Below, piece by piece: positions 23,377 through 27,280 of a stretch of DNA of 27,280 nucleotides. Source of the DNA: a virus. A program made the position numbers and the translations under genes. Position 1 is the stretch's first letter. Each line of letters opens with the position of its first letter. The stretch is taken from positions 1 through 27,280 of the IMG/VR virus record IMGVR_UViG_3300030035_000142; one strand, written 5' to 3'. The notes beneath the pieces are model-generated. The model was given only the letters and a program-made list of their open reading frames with translations, was not told where the DNA came from and searched no databases.

Positions 23377-23745
23377 ATGACTAAAAACGAATTAACAGAA
23401 ATTCTCAAACTGCACGAAATGTGGCTGAACGAGGAAGAAGGCGGCGCTCAGGCCAAATTTGAAGACCTCGACCTCAGGGGGCTCGACTTTAGGGGTGCTA
23501 ACTTAATCAAGGCTGACTTTAAGGACGCCGACTGTTCCGGAGTTGATTTCACAGGGGCCGACTTGAGATGTGCCGATTTCACCGGGGCCAATCTAACCGG
23601 GACCGATTTCTCCGGGTGCAATCTGAAATGGGCCAATTTTTACAAGGCCAATCTAACCGGAGCCAGATTTAACGGGGCTATCCTGGAATGCGCCGACTTT
23701 AGATGGGCCCGCGGGATTGTCGATCTGACCGTAGGGAAAGCTTAA
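23377..23745 (+). CDS. Pentapeptide-repeat protein
   Basis: About 18 consecutive A(D/N)LXX-type pentapeptides (DLRGLDFRGANLIKADFKDADCSGVDFTGADLRCADFTGANLTGTDFSGCNLKWANFYKANLTGARFNGAILECADF). Confidence 0.85.
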   Translation: MTKNELTEILKLHEMWLNEEEGGAQAKFEDLDLRGLDFRGANLIKADFKDADCSGVDFTGADLRCADFTGANLTGTDFSGCNLKWANFYKANLTGARFNGAILECADFRWARGIVDLTVGKA

Positions 23746-23760
23746 ACACAAACCAAACAC

Positions 23761-24069
23761 ATGAAAAAATATATTATCCCTCAAAAGTTTAGAGATACGT
23801 CTTTATCAGATATCTCCTCTACCAAGTATGACCGCATCATTGAATTTCCGGAAGGTCACAAATTTGCGGTTGTCCTGGCTGCGTACTACATCAAAGATGT
23901 CAACGAAGAACCATGCTATTATACCTACCAAACACAAGACGAAGCGCTCAATGCAATAGCAAAATACTGGAATGATTATTGCTACGAAGTAATTGACGAC
24001 GAAGGTTATCAGCGTTGGGATATCATGAGATGTGGCCCTGTTGGGAGGCGATTTGAGCAAATCAAATAA
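23761..24069 (+). CDS. Small acidic hypothetical protein (102 aa)
   Basis: ATG with the A-rich leader AAACACAAACCAAACAC. No motif recognised. Confidence 0.55.
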   Translation: MKKYIIPQKFRDTSLSDISSTKYDRIIEFPEGHKFAVVLAAYYIKDVNEEPCYYTYQTQDEALNAIAKYWNDYCYEVIDDEGYQRWDIMRCGPVGRRFEQIK

Positions 24070-24083
24070 TCGGAAGCTCAAAT

Positions 24084-24284
24084 ATGAATCCTCAAGAATT
24101 TGTTGATTGGGTCCAGTCCAGATACCATTTGCGATCCAAAACTTCTGCGGTCAAAAAGGCTGCGCAGATGTTGCGGGTGACAGAAATGGCTGTATGGCAA
24201 TGGTTGGGCGGGTCCAGAAAAACGAGTCCGTCGATGGAGCTGTTGATGGAGCTAATCACCCGTCACGGATTGCCGGACGAATAG
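24084..24284 (+). CDS. Small HTH DNA-binding protein (Cro/YdaS/Aca-like)
   Basis: 66 aa. VKKAAQMLRVTEMAVWQWLGG fits a helix-turn-helix of the '..lgVs..avsqW..g' type. It is the last gene of the plus-strand operon. Confidence 0.55.
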   Translation: MNPQEFVDWVQSRYHLRSKTSAVKKAAQMLRVTEMAVWQWLGGSRKTSPSMELLMELITRHGLPDE

Positions 24285-24287
24285 ACC

Positions 24288-24321
24288 TATACGAGATTCC
24301 AGGGTATACGAGATTCCAGGG
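24288..24321. repeat. Exact 2 x 17-nt tandem repeat TATACGAGATTCCAGGG
   Basis: Read directly from the sequence. It fills nearly the whole 37-nt gap between the convergent stop codons at 24282-24284 (+) and 24322-24324 (-). Confidence 0.9.
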
Positions 24322-25062
24322 CTATTCCCGGGGATGGTAATTGATCTCGCGGTAGGATTTCCAATCACAGGTGATGATGGTGCCGCAAAGGTGGATGCGG
24401 GAAACAATGGCCGGCCCGAGTCGATCTTCAAGGGCGGCGGGGCTGTAGTTGGAGATGATGATGGTCGGTTTGCCGTTCTGGTGCCGATAATCAATGAGCC
24501 TTTCCAGCGCGGCGCCTGCAAAGTCCGTGTCCTTGACCTCGTGATACTCGTCCAGCACCAGAAGATACGGGGCCTTGTATCGCTTCATGACATCGGATTC
24601 CGAGCCGTTGCCGTTAAACGTCTCTCTCAAGTCCATCGTGTAATCATAGGCCTTGGTATAGAGAACTCGCCTCTTTCGCCTGTACATGAGGCGTCCAAGA
24701 AACGTGCTCAATACCGTTTTCCCGGTGCCGTATCGCCCGTTCAGTACAATGATACTCCCAGGCGTCAAAACGAGGCGGTAGGCATCACGCAGGGCTTTCT
24801 TCCATGGTTCCCCGGTTACTTCGTCAAGGCAATCAATAGCTCGGCGGGGAAAACCGCGGTCAATCAGGCCAAGGCGTTCGTATGCCGCTCGGCGTTCTTC
24901 TTCCCGCTGCTTTTCAGCATCCAGCGCTTCCGCTTCCAGCTCTTCAATGCTTCTTCCGTCGTCCTCGGCAAGCAGGGTGATAGATTCCAGGAGGCTTTCA
25001 AGATTAACTTCTTTCAGTCCTCCCTGGGGTTTAATGGGGTCGTCAATCTTTCCAGAGGTCAT
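24322..25062 (-). CDS. DnaC/IstB-like AAA+ helicase loader
   Basis: Walker A LNGRYGTGKT and Walker B YLLVLDEYHE. ATG 25062 is preferred because it limits the overlap with the upstream gene to 20 nt. ATG 25110 is possible. Confidence 0.75.
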   Translation of the reverse strand: MTSGKIDDPIKPQGGLKEVNLESLLESITLLAEDDGRSIEELEAEALDAEKQREEERRAAYERLGLIDRGFPRRAIDCLDEVTGEPWKKALRDAYRLVLTPGSIIVLNGRYGTGKTVLSTFLGRLMYRRKRRVLYTKAYDYTMDLRETFNGNGSESDVMKRYKAPYLLVLDEYHEVKDTDFAGAALERLIDYRHQNGKPTIIISNYSPAALEDRLGPAIVSRIHLCGTIITCDWKSYREINYHPRE

Positions 25063-25810
25063 CTCGTCTTGATGGTTTAGTCGTTGATTTTGTCGGGGAT
25101 TCCGCGGCATTGGCGGGTTTCAGCCCGGGCGGGTTCGCATTGTTCCGGGCCCAGGTGGCAGCGTATTGGCGAGCCATGGGCCGCCAGTCTGCCAGGGGGA
25201 CGCCGTGCCGGTTTCGCCATCCAACGGCGGACTGCTCGTTGAAAAACCGTTCCGCGCACCGGGTCAGCTCGTCTCCGATTGGGTGCAGAACCTGGGCGGC
25301 CATAAAACGGTCAACCTCGGAAACATCCTTCGGAAATTGGCAGACCTCGCGCCCGGTTGTAGTTGTAGTAGTAGTAGTATCTTCTCTTCTCTTCTCTGGT
25401 AACGGTTTTTGTAACGGTTCAAGCGTTACATTTTCGTTACATGTTTTTACAACTCGCTCATGATGAGCTTTTCTGCTATTCGCAACACGGCGGTTCGTAT
25501 TGGCCCTATTTTTGGCGGATTGGCCGTTGTGGCGGTCAAAATTGGGGATTGAAAGGAGGCCCTCGCGTCCATTCAACCAGCCAACTTTGACAAGCCCAGC
25601 GGCGAAGCCGGGGCAGAATACAAGACGGTCGAGAAACGAATTTGTAACGGTAATGGCGTTACCAGAAACGGATTGTTGATCAGCCCAAATCCAGAGGCGA
25701 AGCAGCTTGCCGACAACGGCATCCTGATCAATTCCAAGGATGCCGGCCAGCTTCACCACTTCGGGTTTGTCAGGTGTGGTGTGTTCAACCTTGATCCAGT
25801 CTCCGGCCAT
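25043..25810 (-). CDS. Phage replication organiser/initiator-like protein
   Basis: I start at ATG 25810 (MAGDWIKVEHTTPDKPEVVKLAGILGIDQDAVVGKLLRLWIWADQQS), a typical N-terminal winged-helix-type domain of phage replication proteins. It lies upstream of a DnaC-like loader and contains a T8 tract. Confidence 0.55.
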   Translation of the reverse strand: MAGDWIKVEHTTPDKPEVVKLAGILGIDQDAVVGKLLRLWIWADQQSVSGNAITVTNSFLDRLVFCPGFAAGLVKVGWLNGREGLLSIPNFDRHNGQSAKNRANTNRRVANSRKAHHERVVKTCNENVTLEPLQKPLPEKRREDTTTTTTTTGREVCQFPKDVSEVDRFMAAQVLHPIGDELTRCAERFFNEQSAVGWRNRHGVPLADWRPMARQYAATWARNNANPPGLKPANAAESPTKSTTKPSRRDDLWKD

Positions 25811-25815
25811 ATATA

Positions 25816-26340
25816 CTATATCCCTTCTTTCTCTTTTACTCCTTCGCCAAATGTGGGTGAGAGCTGTATTTTTCTGCCTTGAACAGTATTGATCTTTAAC
25901 GGTTTCTGGATGTATAGACACGCTGTCAAAAGGCTTATTTCTGCGGCGCGGTTTATATCAGGGAAGCGGCCGCTGGGTCGGATTTCCCGAACCCTTCCGC
26001 CAGGGAGAACATACAGTAATCCCCAAAGTCCCGGCACGTCATCAAAAGTGATGACTCCCGGCTCGCATATGTAATACCGATACATACCCATTCCTTTTTT
26101 AGGATGGATGCGGAACGGCTTTTTAAGGTCTGCCAAAAAGTCCGCTCGGCTGGTTTTTGCCTCCACAAGAACGCTCGCATATCCGCCAAACCCTATGGCG
26201 TCAGGCTGCTCGTTAGTAATAATGCAATTCGGTTCAGCGATCGCTACCCGGCAACGTTTAGTTCCCATAAGCCATCGTTCTGCTATTTCGCACAGTTCCC
26301 GGTGCGTCCGTGGAATTAAAGATGTTGGTTTGCGTGGCAT
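25816..26340 (-). CDS. PD-(D/E)XK-fold nuclease-like protein (MmcB-like)
   Basis: QPDAIGF...ASVLVEAKTSRADFLADLKK fits D...(E/D)xK with the SraDf..D..K pattern. ATG start 1 nt after the methyltransferase stop. Confidence 0.5.
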   Translation of the reverse strand: MPRKPTSLIPRTHRELCEIAERWLMGTKRCRVAIAEPNCIITNEQPDAIGFGGYASVLVEAKTSRADFLADLKKPFRIHPKKGMGMYRYYICEPGVITFDDVPGLWGLLYVLPGGRVREIRPSGRFPDINRAAEISLLTACLYIQKPLKINTVQGRKIQLSPTFGEGVKEKEGI

Positions 26341-26341
26341 A

Positions 26342-27280
26342 TCAAAAAAGCGTCAGTTGGGGGTTGTTTTTCATGATTCTGCCGAGCAGAACCCGGAATG
26401 CAGTTGCCGCCACAGCAGGTACTTGCCCATTGCCAAGGGCTTTAATGCGGTCCACTCTAGCGGCCACCCCATGAGCCACTCGACCCACGTCGGGTTCAGC
26501 TGACCACCATTCCCCGCAGTCATTTGTCTCCGCTCGTCCGGCGTGATAATTCCCTTGGTTTCCAGGTCTTTCATTTTCTGAAAACTCCCCGTCCCCCCGC
26601 ACATCCCCTTGGTGCGGGGTGTTGGAAACTGTGAAACCATAGTTATCAATTTCTTCCCTGTTGCCCGGTTGATTTCCTTGCCGCCGCAACTGGCGGTTGG
26701 AGTAGGAAACATCCGGACAAATTCGGACAATCCCTGTTGCCTGCTGTTTGGGCCACGTCTCTTGTGATCCGAGGCAAGGGGGCTTGGGAACATCTCTACG
26801 AACTCGTATGGATTGGGCGGCTTGTTGCCCTCCCGAAACTTCTTGCTCCGATTCTTCCCGGAAGCGGTTGGAGTTCCGATCCATACACCTCTTTTCAAAG
26901 AGGCTTTCCGGGAATTCGACCCTCCGTCGAGACCTTTCGTTGTCGCTGTTGGCCACATCATCCCCGGCATCCAGCCTGTTGTCGCTACATCCATCAGGCT
27001 CTTGGGTCCCCGTGAATGGCTCCCCTTGTTGGGGGCGTTGCAAGCCGTTGGCGTGGGGATCATGTGCAAGTATCCAGATGCGCTTTCTGACGTGCGGGGC
27101 TCCCACATCGTCCGCTCCCAGCACAAGCCATTCCGCATCGTACCCGATTTCGGCAAGATCACCGAGGACTCTGGCAAGTCCTCGTCCCACAAGCAAAGGT
27201 GAGTTTTCCAGGAATGCGAATTTCGGTCGTACCTCATTGATAATTCGGTGCATTTCCCGCCAGAGCCCGGAGCGGGCGCC
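26342..27280 (-). CDS. DNA cytosine-5 methyltransferase, 5' end outside the window (frame A; a second fully open frame overlaps it)
   Basis: Frame A carries LWREMHRIINEVRPKFAFLENSP (motif IV-VI region, ENV-like), GYDAEWLVLGADDVGAPHVRKRIWILA (motif VIII-like) and the C-terminal EPDVGRVAHGVAARVDRIKALGNGQVPAVA (motif X-like). It is open to the window edge. Confidence 0.7.
   Translation of the reverse strand, partial: GARSGLWREMHRIINEVRPKFAFLENSPLLVGRGLARVLGDLAEIGYDAEWLVLGADDVGAPHVRKRIWILAHDPHANGLQRPQQGEPFTGTQEPDGCSDNRLDAGDDVANSDNERSRRRVEFPESLFEKRCMDRNSNRFREESEQEVSGGQQAAQSIRVRRDVPKPPCLGSQETWPKQQATGIVRICPDVSYSNRQLRRQGNQPGNREEIDNYGFTVSNTPHQGDVRGDGEFSENERPGNQGNYHAGRAETNDCGEWWSAEPDVGRVAHGVAARVDRIKALGNGQVPAVAATAFRVLLGRIMKNNPQLTLF

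Larger units (their letters stand above)
1..27280. mobile_element. Prophage segment (temperate tailed phage), from the integrase end to the early/replication region
   Basis: Integrase, TerS/TerL, portal, protease, capsid, tail, lysis and replication genes lie in one largely co-oriented, tightly packed array. Neither att site is visible in the window. Confidence 0.85.

Noticed and set aside
1222-25921. The longest-ORF N-terminal extensions of several genes: 1222-2247, 10371-10886, 14223-14858, 15406-16761, 22430-23242, 23006-23347 and 25043-25921.
   Set aside because: Each extension overlaps the upstream gene or the opposite-strand gene and has junk-like composition. In each case an internal ATG lies at or within a few nt of the upstream stop (often an ATGA overlap) and begins a sensible N-terminus.

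Overview
The window is a slice of an integrated temperate tailed phage in a GC-rich host. Its A-rich leaders lack Shine-Dalgarno sequences, which suggests a gut Verrucomicrobia/Bacteroidota-type host; I cannot verify that here.

Gene layout: a tyrosine integrase sits at the left edge on the + strand. Almost everything else is one minus-strand array. Right to left it contains:
- a C5 DNA methyltransferase whose 5' end lies outside the window
- a PD-(D/E)XK nuclease, a replication organiser and a DnaC-like loader
- a divergent AT-rich plus-strand operon of 4 small genes, including a pentapeptide-repeat protein and a small HTH protein
- TerS, TerL, a tRNA, a Mu-like (DUF935-type) portal and a Mu gpI-like protease/scaffold
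- a decoration-like protein, a lambda gpE-like major capsid protein and head-completion genes
- a tail tube candidate and a collagen-like fibre
- membrane/lysis genes with an embedded Dam-like methyltransferase and an amidase
- a tail protein with two BACON/Ig-like repeats, a chaperone-like ORF and a tape measure protein
- a GYF-domain membrane protein, a 714-aa tail protein and a glycosyltransferase-like moron next to the integrase

Main hunt result: six core late genes (terL, portal, major capsid, tube, fibre, large tail protein) have open, sensible N-terminal coding sequence upstream of their first ATG/GTG/TTG. For terL, portal and capsid that sequence is family-conserved. None of these extensions contains a canonical start, and the only codon shared by all six is an in-frame AGG at the natural N-terminus. 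The same operon encodes a tRNA with anticodon CCU, which reads AGG. Its acceptor end looks like bacterial initiator tRNA-fMet (C1xA72 mismatch, G2:C71, C3:G70, A73), and it has its own near-consensus promoter. I propose a phage-encoded initiator-type tRNA that licenses AGG-initiated translation of essential virion genes. This is a hypothesis only.

Other notable points:
- the C5-methyltransferase locus has two fully open overlapping frames that both carry methyltransferase-like motifs
- the plus-strand operon has an acr-aca-like layout
- an AT-rich island makes the tape measure gene chimeric
- there are several tandem repeats
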